Part shown: piece by piece, positions 48,096 through 60,444 of the stretch
How positions within the stretch are numbered: the first letter of the stretch is position 1
Layout of the letters: each line of letters opens with the position of its first letter
Origin: Cyanophora paradoxa CCMP329
Taxonomy: Eukaryota > Plantae > Glaucophyta
Direction: 5' to 3'
DNA length: 64,000 bases
Assembly (NCBI GenBank): GCA_004431415.1
Contig: QPMI01000097.1
Coordinates: forward strand, 1 to 64,000
Notes under the pieces: generated by a model
Seen by the model: only the letters and a program-made list of their open reading frames with translations
Database searches by the model: none
Told to the model about the DNA's origin: nothing
Position numbers and translations under genes: made by a program

Positions 48096-49115
48096 GTTGC
48101 GTGCGGGGGTACGCATGAAGACGCCCTAATCGTTTGTGGAAATGTACATTGCGGCCGAGCCCACCAGCCCAGCCCAGCACGGGCCCAGCCCACCAGCAAG
48201 CTGGCCAGGCGGGCCCTAGGCCTACGTTAACGTTGCCCCCAATCTTAAATTTAAACTTGGCCAACCCCCGCCCAACCTCAAATATTAATTGTAGATACTT
48301 GTCAAAATCGAAATCGAACCTTCAGCTCATATTCGAAATCGAAATCGAAGTCTGCTGTCCCGCCCAAGACGCGCAGGTGCACCGCGCGCGTGCAGGTGCC
48401 CTGGGGCGTCGGTCTGCTCGGCGGCTGATCGTCCTCCGCCCGCGCAGGCGCTCCTCTGGGTGGGAGGCTCGTCGATCGAGTGCGCCCCCGGCCCGTTTGC
48501 TTTGATTTGGATCTCAAGACCTTTCGATTTCAATCTGACCCCTTTTCGCGCCCCCCGGCGTCCACCGCAGGCTGACTCCATGTCGGGCCCCTCCGTGGGC
48601 CTGCAGGGGCTCCCGCCACCGCCCCGAGACGACCCCCGCCGCCACAAGACGCGATGCAGCACCACGCCGCGCATGCGGGCACCTGTAGCTATTTAGCTAG
48701 CCAGAGTGTCCGCGGGGAGGCGCATTACTCTCCTTAGGGGGCCACGCAGGGCCCGGCCGGCCAGCTCGCTGGTGGGCTGGGCCCGCGGCCGCGGCGGCCG
48801 CAGTGTACATCCCACACTTGTAGCCCGGACCTGCGTTTTAGTACGTGTCCAAATGCGTCCAAGTGCTGTCTAGATCTGGGTGAGATCACGAACTGTGCGG
48901 AGGCGTTGCCCGGCCTTGGGGTCGCTGACCCCGGACCCTAGCTAGTCAGAACAGTTAGCTATATAGCTAGATACCACGTGTCACGTCAAAATGCGAGGGC
49001 AGACACTCCAAAAACCTCCAATCGTAGTTGAAATCGAAATGAAAGTCCACTGGGCCAACCTGGTCCAATCCAATCGCTACCATGGTACCGGCCGCGCGCG
49101 GCGCATCATGATCAA

Positions 49116-49150
<35 letters not shown>

Positions 49151-49256
49151 TTCTACTCTACTCTAGCTCTGTTCTTTCTATTCGTGGAAAAAAGCGCTTC
49201 AGTGTCCTGCCTGCATCTCCCCATGCATCCTGCATCGGGCTGTCCTTCAAAAGATT

Positions 49257-50322
49257 TTAATGGGCTGTATCTTGTGAGTGCTTGAGAATAAAGTCATACA
49301 CACGGTTGCCTATTTTTGCCTCCACTCGGTTCACTGGCAGTCCCACAGACCCGGCTTCAGCAGGTGCTTCCAGCTGCAGCTTCCCGAGGGATGCCCCCAG
49401 CGCCCACGCGACTGTAACGTGTGGTCGCGGTTCCTGCACCGGAATCGGATCTGCGCTATGAATGGAAGAAACGTTGCCCAATGCACGCACAGGGTAGAAG
49501 GGCCTCAGTTCGTAGGCTTGCATGACCTCGTCCACCGCCTTGATTATTGAACATGTCTGGTGGAAATGAGAACGAATATCGACCATCGGGTGGCGTGGGG
49601 TCGTGCACCTCGACAAGACCCTTCCGGATGGGGATAGACACGAAAGAGCGTGTTTGCTCCTCGTTCGTGAAGAACTCGACGCCACTAAGGGCTGCCTTGT
49701 ACCTGCCCAGACACAGATTCATCACAGGAGCCGAGCAACTGCGCTGCAGAGGAGCCGAGCACCTGGCCGTGTTTCTCATGGCCTTCCGCAGCGACGCGAC
49801 GAAGGGTGCAATTTGCTCCCGCCGGAGCACAAACGTGCGTGATACGCTAACGTGATATTCTGCGGAAGTATTCTCCTTCACCTCCGGGGGGCCAGAACCA
49901 TCGGCTGCCCCCGCCGACAGAGCGGCTCGCACGCGGTCCAGCGCCGAGTGCACGAGCCGCACGAGCTCATCCGAGACGCGCACTGAGCGTAGAACGAAGC
50001 GCTCAATTTACTCGGGACTGGCTGCGCGTCCAGAGCGCGTACCTGGGATGTACACGTAAGAAGGATAGTTACCCACGACGTGGGGGAAAGTTCTAACGCG
50101 CCCGTCGTGCGCTGCAGGAAGGGGGGCTGCGCAAGGCGACCAGAGTGAGCGGTTGACGTGGAACTGCGCGCGCAGGGCCGAACCTGGAGGGTCGATCGGA
50201 GGCGCGCGACTCTCGAGCTGCGGCGACGGGAGCGCCGGGGAGCTTCGCGACCGCTTAACGGGTCGGGGCACCTCCTCCTCCTCGTCAGAGCATGTGTAAG
50301 GCACGAGGGAGGCCACGGCCAT
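49257..50322 (-). CDS. USB1: U6 snRNA phosphodiesterase (2H family, multi-exon)
   Basis: HDGRVRTFPHVVGNYPSYVY, YHVSVSRT, FTNEEQTRSF, PHVTVAW, AKIGNRVY. Confidence 0.9.
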
Positions 50323-50863
50323 GAAGCGTCGCGGCAAGAAATTTAAAGCGTACCCAGCTCTAGCCAGCCCAGTGGCCCAGGCCCGGTGGAACCAGTGACC
50401 CAGTGCCTCGTACGCACGACCCCGTGCCACGCTTGCCCGTACGCCGGGATCTAGCTCGCATGGGTGGCAAGCAGAAGGACTTCACTGCTTACCGCGGTGC
50501 GAACGCCCTGCTGGATGCCATCGATCTGCGTTTTACACGCGTTTTACACGCGCTGCAGACGCCCTGCTAAATGCCATCAGGACGTTCTCCGCGTGGTCCG
50601 TGGCCTCGAAAAATTTCAACCGCGGCTACACGACATCTTCATACAGCGATACAATCCTCTCTGCAACACCCTCCGAAGAGAACGGAGCTCGCATCGTCGA
50701 GGTGCGATTGTTTACTGGCGGCTGAGGCTTTTTTGATCTGCTTTTTTTAAGATACGACTTTACAACAACCTGGTGGCAAAAGTATATTGCGAGGAGCTCA
50801 AGGTATGTTTGTCTGTGCCTGCTTGAACGTTTTTAGGCAGAGATCTGGCACTAGCTCTCGCAG

Positions 50864-51015
50864 ACCCAAATCACAATCTCAAATCCAAATCAAAGCCTGC
50901 ACCCAAATCCAAATCAAAGCCTGCACCCAAATCCAAATCAAAATCCGGAACCCAAATCCAAATCAAAGCGTGCACCCAAATCCAAATCAACGTCTGCACC
51001 CAAATCCAAATCAAC
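50864..51015 (+). repeat. ~24-bp tandem repeat (CACCCAAATCCAAATCAAAGCCTG)x~6
   Basis: Read directly; single units also at ~28500, ~32690 and ~54220. Confidence 0.9.
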
Positions 51016-51123
51016 GTATGTTTTCGGCCTCCATTTCTGCAGATTTTTGATGGAGGCTGGAGAACGAGTTCAACGGCTACGATTTTAACTCAGCTTCTGG
51101 ACATTCTTAATTTCAAATCACGG

Positions 51124-51878
51124 GTGATTAGTCGGAGGCAAGATCTAGTCGTGCTCAAGCCTGACCGCAGTGAGATCGCCTTTGAAAATGGTGAATCAAC
51201 CATTAATTGGAGGCACACAATCTTACGCTTCTCCGTAGGCATGCGCTTTAGCTTCCAGGTTCCCTTGTGGGAGAAAGCAGATGCGCCTTGTTCACACCCC
51301 AGTGCTGTTTCTACCAGCTCCTCTACCAGCACCAGCACCTGTGGCGGCGGTGCCCACCCTCGTGTTGCAACGCCATCGATCCCCGATGGCATTTCAACGA
51401 CAGCACAACCACCACGAAAGGCTGAGCCATTGCATGTTGTCCTTCTCAAGACAGAGGAGCAAGCAATTCCATCTGTCCCGATATTGGAACCGGCCACTCT
51501 TCCACTGATTTCGGAACCGATTTGGCTCTACAGGGTGCAGAGCCCGCACTGGTGTTGCTAAAGCCGCGCTAATGGGCAGCTCAGGACCCGCAAGGGCTTG
51601 TACAGGGACCTTTCGCGGCAAGTCAAATAAAATTGTGGAATGAGAAAGAGATGCTGCCTCCCGACCTCGAGGTTTATGCCAAGGGTCACGCCCCAAGACA
51701 ACTCTCTCAACTTCTTGCCTGCTACAATGCCCAACAAAACCGCGATGAACGCGTGTGGTTTTTTGAAGACCCCAGGGGCGGACTTCACGGAGCTTACACA
51801 CTTGGAGAAATCGAGACCTGGCTCAAGTCTTTGCCCATACACCGGTTTGGCTCAAGTCCCTGCCTGCGGTCAGCATAG
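51124..51878 (+). CDS. Possible GYF-like domain gene or fragment
   Basis: ERVWFFEDPRGGLHGAYTLGEIETW resembles the GYF W.Y.DP.G..QGPF....M..W pattern; gene structure unclear. Confidence 0.4.
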
Positions 51879-52274
51879 ACACTCGATGTACACTAGAAGC
51901 TAGCTTCGATTCGATTACACTAGCGGCTAGCGGCTAGCCTAGTAGCTTCGATTCTCGATCTGACCTCATTTCGCGCGTGCGGGGCCCCCTACAGGCTTCC
52001 GACGGTTTCTGGCCCCCATCAGACCGGGCCTGCAGGAACTCCCACGGCCCACTGACAACGCGATGCTTCACCCGTCATGCGCGTGGTTTAGGCCGTGCAG
52101 GGGTGGAGCTTTCCTCCCTTTTAGGGCCTCCGGGGGAACGGCCTCAGTGAATGAATCGTAGCAGCCGTTAGGAAATGTTACTATTTCTAACAACACCCTC
52201 AACACGAGAGGGGCAACTCTTTAAACGAAGGACCCTGTCTCTCTTGACCGCGCACGCTGCTTGTCTATATATTA

Positions 52275-53468
52275 TCACCAGCGCTGCTGCTGCTGCTGCA
52301 AGCGCGGTACATCTGGCGCCCCTGGGGCATCGGAACGCACAATCCGGTTGTGCCCTTCAAAATTTCCGCTCCTAGTTGCACCACCATAGCTCCTGCAGGG
52401 TGGTTTGAGTGTGTGTGTGCGTGTGTGAAATATGAACGTACAAGCCACGCACCCCTTCGAGATAAAGGTAGGCTGATGGTTTTTGAATAAACCGATTTTA
52501 CGGGAGAACGTGGAGCCGCGTAAGAGGATGGCGCAGGCGCAGCAAGGGGGAGGCCAGGGCAGGGGCGGCACCTCCATGCGAGCCTTCAAAAGCTGCTCCT
52601 CGCTGAACTGCCTTGGGTTGCGAGCAGCCATCTTCACGCCAAGTACGGGGCCAGTCCAGCCGGGCAGCTTCTGACAAGCCCTGACAGCGATTGAATTCGG
52701 GATTTCGTTCTATCTTCCACCTGAGTTGATTTCATCTAGCTCTGATATGAGCTAGCTCTAGCGCTCTTATCTAGAACTTGCAAACTATTATGAGACACAA
52801 TTTCAAATATTTGTGGGGCGCCAGCACGGACCGGCCAAGAGAGTGAACGTTGCGAACGACAGCATCCATCTGGAGAATCGTCAGGGCGGCTAGCAGTTCG
52901 GAACTTCAAAGCTAAGCCTCATCACATTTTTGTTCTCGTACAGGTCGACCGTCTGCGGCAGCATCAGATCGATCCGCCTCGAACCATAGCTATGTCGGGC
53001 AACTCACCATGAAAAGTTCGAAGTCAGGGATGCCGATATCTCGGCACGCATTTAGATATCTCTCGACGTTCTCCTGCACATGCGATCAAGCGCTGTCGCA
53101 CTCAATGCGGCGGATATGCTCGCACCATCTGCGGTCAAGTGAGCGGGCGGCGCGCCAGATGAACGAGGTGGCAGGCGAGGCCACCTGTTTGAAGGGCATG
53201 GTGCCCTGATAGATGGTTCGGATGTATCCTGGTCGGATATGATTGATGAGGCTGCAGGTGCGGTCAGCCAATCTGGTTCCTAGCCCCGAAGAGTGGGCAG
53301 CGCGGAACAGCTGCAGCGTAGCAGTGAACAGAACAGGGCCCTGGGCAGCACGTACTTGCAGAGTACGGCGCCGTTCTTTAGAGACTCGTACAGCGATTCG
53401 GAATGCAAGCCTTCCCCTATCATCTGTTCAATCCACTCCCGTGCCTCAATCTCCGCCTTTCTTGACAT
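52275..53468 (-). CDS. Calponin/transgelin-like CH-domain protein (multi-exon)
   Basis: EAREWIEQMIG..LYESLKNGAVLC, LINHIRPG, MPFKQ|ENVERYLNAC, TVDLYENKN, GPVLGVKMAARNPRQFSEEQL. Confidence 0.88.
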
Positions 53469-54832
53469 CGCCGGCTGGCCCTCGTCGCTCACTAACGCGC
53501 TGCTGAGCGAGGAGCGCTTCGGGACGGTGGCGCTGGACGGCGTACCCCCCAGGTGGGAGCCGTTGTCCAGTACTAGTGTGCGGACCACAGCCAGCGACCA
53601 CGATCGAGTCCGGGCTACGCTAGCTATATATAGCGCTACAGCACGGTTCATGCATGTGATCGATATCACGCGTACGGTCTCGCGCGCCCGCCGGCCGCCG
53701 GGCTCAGCCTGGCAGCTGCAGTACTACTAGGCTAGTACTAGTTGCAATTGCTATTGCATATATATATATATACAGCTATATGTAGGCAAATCATTTTGAA
53801 TCGAAATCGAAGTGCTATACTAGTACTATGATGATACTAGAATTCGAAGGCTTAAGATCAAAGATCAGAGGTGCGGGCCTTGCCAAGTTGCCCAGATCTA
53901 GAGGCTCGCCTGCTCCCGCCAGGGCCCCCGCCCACTAGTACTGGTACGTATACCAGACCCGGTGACCAGTACCAGATCCGATTCCGGGTCATTACAACTT
54001 CTGAGCAACGCAATGCTACTAGTACTCAATCAAAATCGAGTCCGGAGAGCCTGCCCCGCTCTACGAGCAAAAAGATGGAGCCACATCTCGCCGCGGGTCG
54101 TCTCGCCGCGGGTTGTCTCGCCGCGCTGCAGCTGGAGTCGAGTTGGAGTTCGTTCATTCGTTCTCACATACCCTATATATATATGTCCCCCACTTCAATC
54201 CAAAACCAAAGCCCGGCCTAAAATCCAAATCAAGGCCCGAATCGCAACACTCTTCACACTTACTGCTCTTGCCCTTGCTGCCTCAGAGAACGGCTGTGCC
54301 TCCCCTCCTGTTGTTCCACTTCAGGCAGCACAGCCACCACAGCCCGGCCTAAAGTTGGACGAAAGTTGGACGAAAGTACCAATACGAAATTTGAAAATTG
54401 GACGAAAGTACGTACCATGCAATTGAACGGAAGTTGGAAGAAAGTTGGACGATTTCGAAGTCGCGCACGTTGGTCTTCATGCGTACCCCTGCACGCTAAC
54501 AACAGACCAGCGCTAGCCGCGCCGACCAGACACATACCTCTGAGGCCGAGGTAGTTTACAATACCATACGCGTTGCTGTTGCTGTACAGCACACTGACGC
54601 GCGCACCAGACTACGGACACGACGATGAACACTCCCTCGGTGCGGCCGTGCGGCATGCGCGCGTACGCTACGGTCACCGAGCGCGTTTGCATTCCGTGTT
54701 CCGAGCGCCGGCACTCTTTTGCTAGCCCCCCGCGGTTCTCACCACCCACTTTTTGCCAAGTTGCTAGCACTCGTTCTCTGGCACCCTCAAGCGCGGCTCG
54801 CTATCGCTATCGCGGACTCTACGTATGCCAAT

Positions 54833-55030
54833 ATGCAGCACCACGCCGTGCGGGCACATGTAGCTCTATCTAGCCAGGGTGTCCGCGGGGAGGCGCATGA
54901 CTCTCCTTAGGGGGCCACGCAGGGCCCGGCCGGCCAGCTCGCTGGTGGGCTGGGCCCTGCGCCGCGGCAGCCGCAGTGTACATTCCCACACTTGTAGCCC
55001 GGACCTGCGTTTTAGTACGTGTCCAAATGC
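54833..55030 (-). repeat. Family A repeat copy fused to family B copy (54510-54811)
   Basis: Ends TTTTAGTACGTGTCCAAATGC. Confidence 0.9.
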
Positions 55031-55098
55031 GAGCCAGTATCTGTTTTCCTTCGACAGAAGAACAAGCAATCCCCTCTGCCCCGATATCAAAACTCCCC

Positions 55099-58000
55099 TC
55101 AAAGCCGTTTGAAGGCAGTCGCTGCTGGGAAAGCTGCTGCGCATGCTTTCCTGAATTCCACACGGGCCTGCATCACAGCCTCAACATCTGCATCACATCC
55201 GAGTAAAGTCTTACTGACCTTGGAAACCTCGGTGATGACAGCCACCGTAGCAATCTCAGAGCTGCAACAGGCAGGTTAGAGGCGCCAGGTGGACAACATT
55301 GAAGAGATCACCTTTCCCACTTGCCGTTCAAGGGCCCGGATGTGTCCAAAACAGCTGACAAGGTCTTCTGTGCTCGGGCTCGTCAGACTGATTTGCAGAA
55401 CTGTCGACGGCTGGCTCACTCTCGTGAGCTCGGAGCCCGTCACATCAGCCATGAGGGCATCTACTGCAAGGCATTCCTCAAGCGTCCATCCATCGGAGCC
55501 TATCGGCCCTGGCCCGATCTGGCAGTAAAGGTGAGCCACACAACCATTCAATACCCGAAAAAAAATGGGCACTGCAGCAGCAGCTTCGGTGGCTGGCGTG
55601 TCCTTCCACTGGCCATCTTCCGTAGGCACTGGGTCTGAAGAGCCAGATCGAGGGGCGAGGGGTTCAATCTTGGAGACAGGTGGTGGGCGAGGGGCGAGGG
55701 ACATCGCCTTCGCGAGCTCAGCAGAAGATCGCGCAGTCAAAGCCGAAGCGAGAGCAGCGGCCCAACGGCGGCTGCACTCCGTCCACTGCCACCTCCGACA
55801 GGCACGGCCCGGGCCTTTGCCACCACGCCAAGATTCCCGATCTGCTGTCGTGATCGGCTCAAAAGAGGATGTAGGCAGCTGCTGAGCGTAGTCTGTTGAT
55901 GCGCTGGAGGCCAACGAAGAGAGCCACTCGTGAAGACGCATCACTGTGGGAGATCCACCTTGCACTTCTGCAGAGCATTCCAAGTCCACCAAAGAGAGCA
56001 CTCGGAGGAGGTCAAGAGGACAGTCGGTGCCCCTGGCTTTGGCCCGTGCGGCATTCAAGGCACTCAAGAAACGAACAGCAGCGAGATGCACTTCCGGGTG
56101 TGAAGGGCCACCTTGGCTGTAGGCTGCCATGCGCTTCAGTGCTGCAAGACTCAGGAGGATCCTGCTCATTTGTCAATGAGCAGGGTGAACCGATAACGCA
56201 AAAGAGCAGACCTGTCCTTCCTCATTGCCACTTCAAAGGCAGCTGCGTGTGTTTCGAACTGATGGGGGGCGTGTTGGCAAAGAAGCTTCGTGAAGCGGGA
56301 AGCCTCTTGCAGAGGATTCTCGATCTGCGAAGCAAGGCAAAGGTGAGAAGACGCTTTGAAAAAAGCACAGTTTTGCAATGGCGACCTGCGTGAGTTGAGC
56401 CCCAAGAGGATCCGGATCCACGGGAATTGCTGCACGCTTCTTCTGGTTGCCCTTGCCGGTCTTCGACGAAGCAGAAGTCTGGGTGCTGGTTCCTGAGGCC
56501 TGGGCCGTCTGGGCTGCAGCTGGAGTGCTTCCATTTGGTGCAGAAGTTGCAGGTGCATCATCCGTCTTGCGCTCTGCAATGCGAGCAGCTTCTCTCCGCT
56601 TCTTACTTAGCAGCTTCTTCTTCTCGGATTCTGTGATGCGAATTCAGAGACCAGGGTGAGCCAATGCGATGTAAAGAAAAGGCGAGATCGACCTGAAAGG
56701 CCAGCGAACTCAGCATCATTCTCATCTGCCTCGCCCTTGGCGGGGCGATCATGAAGAGCCAAGTAACAACGGACGAGTCCAAGAGCAGCCCGCACAAAGA
56801 AACTGCCGGATTGTCACCCCCTGAAGAGGCCGAAGATTTGCAGAAGGAAATTACCGGTGAGAACGCAGATTGTCCTCCACACGCAGCATGCGTACATATG
56901 CACGCAGAGTCATCTTTCGAAGGCAGTATGTGTGGAAGTCGAACTGGTCCTCGATGATGTCAGTGAAATGCTGTGCACGTGTTGGTCAGTGCAAACGATC
57001 CCCACACTCGGCAACGGTCCCTGCCCTCACCGTGTCCACTGCACGGAAGGCTTTAAGTGAGCGTCCCAGGGACTGAATCCAGTTCGCATTGCCCCCAGGC
57101 TGCTGACTGGCAAGCAACGATGCACGCTCAAAGCATTCTGCAACCTCCAATTCGTACCACATGCACTGAACGAGAGCATCAGAAATGCTGAGAGCGGGGC
57201 ACCGTGAGTGGCTGGACTTCCTCACCTGCATCTCGAACAAATGGTGAGCTGTCGTGGATCCTTCACCCTCCTTGGTGAACAGTGCAACTGTGCGCTCTGC
57301 GACTTCATTCTGCAACTAGTTCAGCAACCGGGACAATTGCAATTTCAAGAAAAGGCGGGTGAAAGTACCAAGCCAGCACGAAGGGCATAAAGAGTCGCCT
57401 TCGTGTTGAGGAAACGGTCCGCAAGATCCAATGTGCGGGCACGGTCTGCCCAGACATGGGCGCTAACTAGGTCGCCCGCATGCTTGTAGATCCGGGCCTT
57501 TGCCAAGTAGAAGTCGGGAACTGTCGGCGTGTGCTGCAGGGCAAGGTCCGTGTACCACAATGCGCGCGCTGTGTTCCGCACACGGTCTGCATGCTGCAGC
57601 GGGACTCGGATTCGGGGCACTGCAAGATTCGGGGCAATCTGGCAGTGCAGTAGAGATGAAACCACACACCTGCGCAAGGAAGTACCAGACCCACAGAATT
57701 GAAGAGCGAGGTTCTTCGTCTCCAGGGGATGAGTCGAACCGGCCACAGTCGCGAAGCGAGCGCTCAAAACCCAGGAAAAGATCCTCAATCACGGTGACCT
57801 TGACATAGAACGATTTGAGATCCTGCATTGAACACAAAGCGGGGCAGACTCACTTTCGCGGAATCCTTGTACAGCGACTTGAGATCGTTGAACAGAGACG
57901 GCACTCCCTTTCGAAGGAACCCGCGAACGTAAGCATCTGGAAGATCTCGTCAGGGCTGCCTCTGGGTTACGCAAAGGAACTTCGCACCAAGCCGGGAAGC

Positions 58001-59349
58001 AAACCGGGGACCACTGGCGACGTCAAGGGCAAGGCGACGGCATGTATTTGCCTGCGGGAACTGCTGCTGCATGCTATCGTAAAACTCTAGGAGCCGCTCT
58101 TCATTATCCGCTGCTGATACATGGAGACACTTCTGCACTGACCTCGGTCAGACGATTTCTCACCGAAAGCAAACCAGAAGAGCACCTCGATGCCAGCGTA
58201 ATACGCCTTATGCTCCGGGTTCAAGCGAAGGAGGTCAGTATATATTGCCCGGGCCTCCTCTGATCGAGGAGGAGAGGCTGAAAGGAGCAGCTGTGCCTTG
58301 GTTTCCAAGAAAGCAAGGCGATCCAGAATGAGCTTCTCGCTCCGCAACAGTTCTGCCAACGCGCCCGCGGCGTCGCCCTCTTCTATCTGGACGCTTATCT
58401 TGTACAGGAGCATTTCACTGTGCTCAAAATCAGGCTTTGTGATCTGCAAGCGATGCGTTAATGCAGAACAATACGAAGATAAGTTCTGCAAGATGCACCT
58501 CATCCAAAGTGCCTTCGTACGCCTGAAGGACTCGCAAAGCACTGGAAGGCTTCCCTGCAAGGTGCAAGGCAACGGCGAACCCTGCAATGCAGTTGACCGG
58601 CAGAGCTCGAGCGCGCGGCGCAATGTAGCAACATACGCACCAATCCAGTGATTTCGGTTGTTGGATTTCAACGACAGCAAAGAGCGCTTCGTTTCAACGA
58701 AGCCTTTGATATCGCGCATCTGAATCTGTTTGGAGAGCGCGTAAGCGCGTAAGCTCTCAGTGGCAATGTCGCACGCGCAGTACACCTGCAGGAGACCAAG
58801 ATCGCGAAGGATCTGCAGATTCTCCTTGTCCAACTTGAGCGCATTGCGATAGCACTTGATCGCTTCGTTGTAGTCCCGGTCGGAGCGGTACAGGAGGCCG
58901 TAAACGTGCCAGCAAACGTGGCTTTTCAGGTCGTACTTGAGGCCCTTGCGGACGCACTCGTATCCCTGCGCCGCGTTCGATCAGCCATCGCGGTGCGACT
59001 GAGCGCGAGGCTTCGCGCTGCGTCCGCGGCGTGCGACACGCGCGAACCTCAGCTTTGCGATTGAGGCAGTTGAGGATGAGGCCCTTCATGGCCAGCGTTT
59101 CGCCATGCTCCGCGAACTTCTTCAAGATGGTGTCGGCCGCCTTCAGCCCTTTCTTGTACTGCTTCGTCTCATAGAACTTCACGATGCTCTTGAAAAGCGC
59201 TGCGGCCGCGCGCGCGCATTAGCGAACTACGTCGAATGGCGGCGTGATGGGGGCGCCGGACGGCGCGCAGCGCTCGGCGAGGCTCGCAAGATAAGCGCAC
59301 CGTTCTCCTTGCTCGGAAGCACTTTACCCGGCGGCCCGGCCTCCGCCAT
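55099..59349 (-). CDS. NAA15: N-alpha-acetyltransferase 15/16, NatA auxiliary subunit (multi-exon)
   Basis: [107 protein letters not shown]. Confidence 0.95.
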
Positions 59350-60287
59350 CTTTCGACGAGGCCGTCGCGCGCGGGGGTATGCGTTTTAGACAATTTGACC
59401 CAAAGAGTGCTAAGCCTCGGAGCATGTGCGTGCAGCGCTAGCTATGTTACTTATTCGCAGTTCTTATACGTTAGCCGCAAGGTAGGCTAAGTATACGGCC
59501 CGGCGGTATACGCACTTTCGACGGCGATCGAATTCGCAGTTCGATTTCGCAGTTCGATTTCGATTTCGATCGATTTCAAGGCGATCGCGCTTCGATTTCA
59601 AGGCGCTTTTTGAAATCTGGCTGTCCCGCCCTTCAAGCTTTGCGCGTGCCGCACTGCGCCGCCCCCGCTGCGCATGCGCAGGCTTCCGACGGGCACCGGC
59701 CCCGCCCACCGCCCACCGCCCACGTACCGACAACGCAATGCTGCACCCGTACGCGGCGCGTCACATGCATACGTACACGCATGCGCATGCGCAGGTCCTC
59801 GAGCTCGAGCTCGGCTGAGGGGGGGCGGAGCTCGAGCGTGCAGCCGCTAGGTATAGCGCACCGGCGACACGTACCGTAATACGTACAGGCCCACACAGGC
59901 GACGTCGAACTTGGTGACGTCGACTCGGCGCAGCTGCAGCTGGCCCAGTGCACGGTGGCCCAGTGCACGTGGGTGTGCAGGGCCGGGTTACCGTAGTAGA
60001 ACTTCGTTCGTAGTACTTCGCTGGCTCTTATTCGTGCGATCAGAACAGCTAGCTATAGTCCGACTCGCCGAGTCGGCGAGTCAGACATCACGAGTCACGC
60101 CACTGAGAGTCAAAATGCACACAGAATCGTGGTATCATCATTGTTAGGTTCAAATCATCATCATTAAATAGTATCATCAGCACGCGGACATTGGTTCACC
60201 TGGATGGTGGCGTTTCGCTGCAGATGTGGAGCCTCGCGTGCCGGTGTGTGTGTGTACATGTGTGTGGTGGTGGTGTGTGTGTGTGTT

Positions 60288-60319
<32 letters not shown>

Positions 60320-60444
60320 AGGGAGGGAGGAGTGTCGCGGGGGAGGTCAAAGGTGCTGTGGTCGCGAGGGCGGGGTGACGTGGGGCGACGAAAGGTTCAA
60401 GGACAGGAGGATCATTATCAGACCTGGAGGCAGTTGAGCCGGGA

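Larger units (their letters stand above)
46919..48856. mobile_element. Pack-type composite: inverted family-A arms enclosing captured gene fragments and a family-B repeat
   Basis: Arms 46919-47183 (+) and 48545-48856 (-); cargo 47185-47261, 47350-47772, 47797-48095; no convincing TSD. Confidence 0.7.

Noticed and set aside
46908-48866. 9-10 bp MULE-type TSD around the composite element
   Set aside because: Flanks ACTCTAGTGC and GTCCAAGTGC match only 6/10, which is not convincing.
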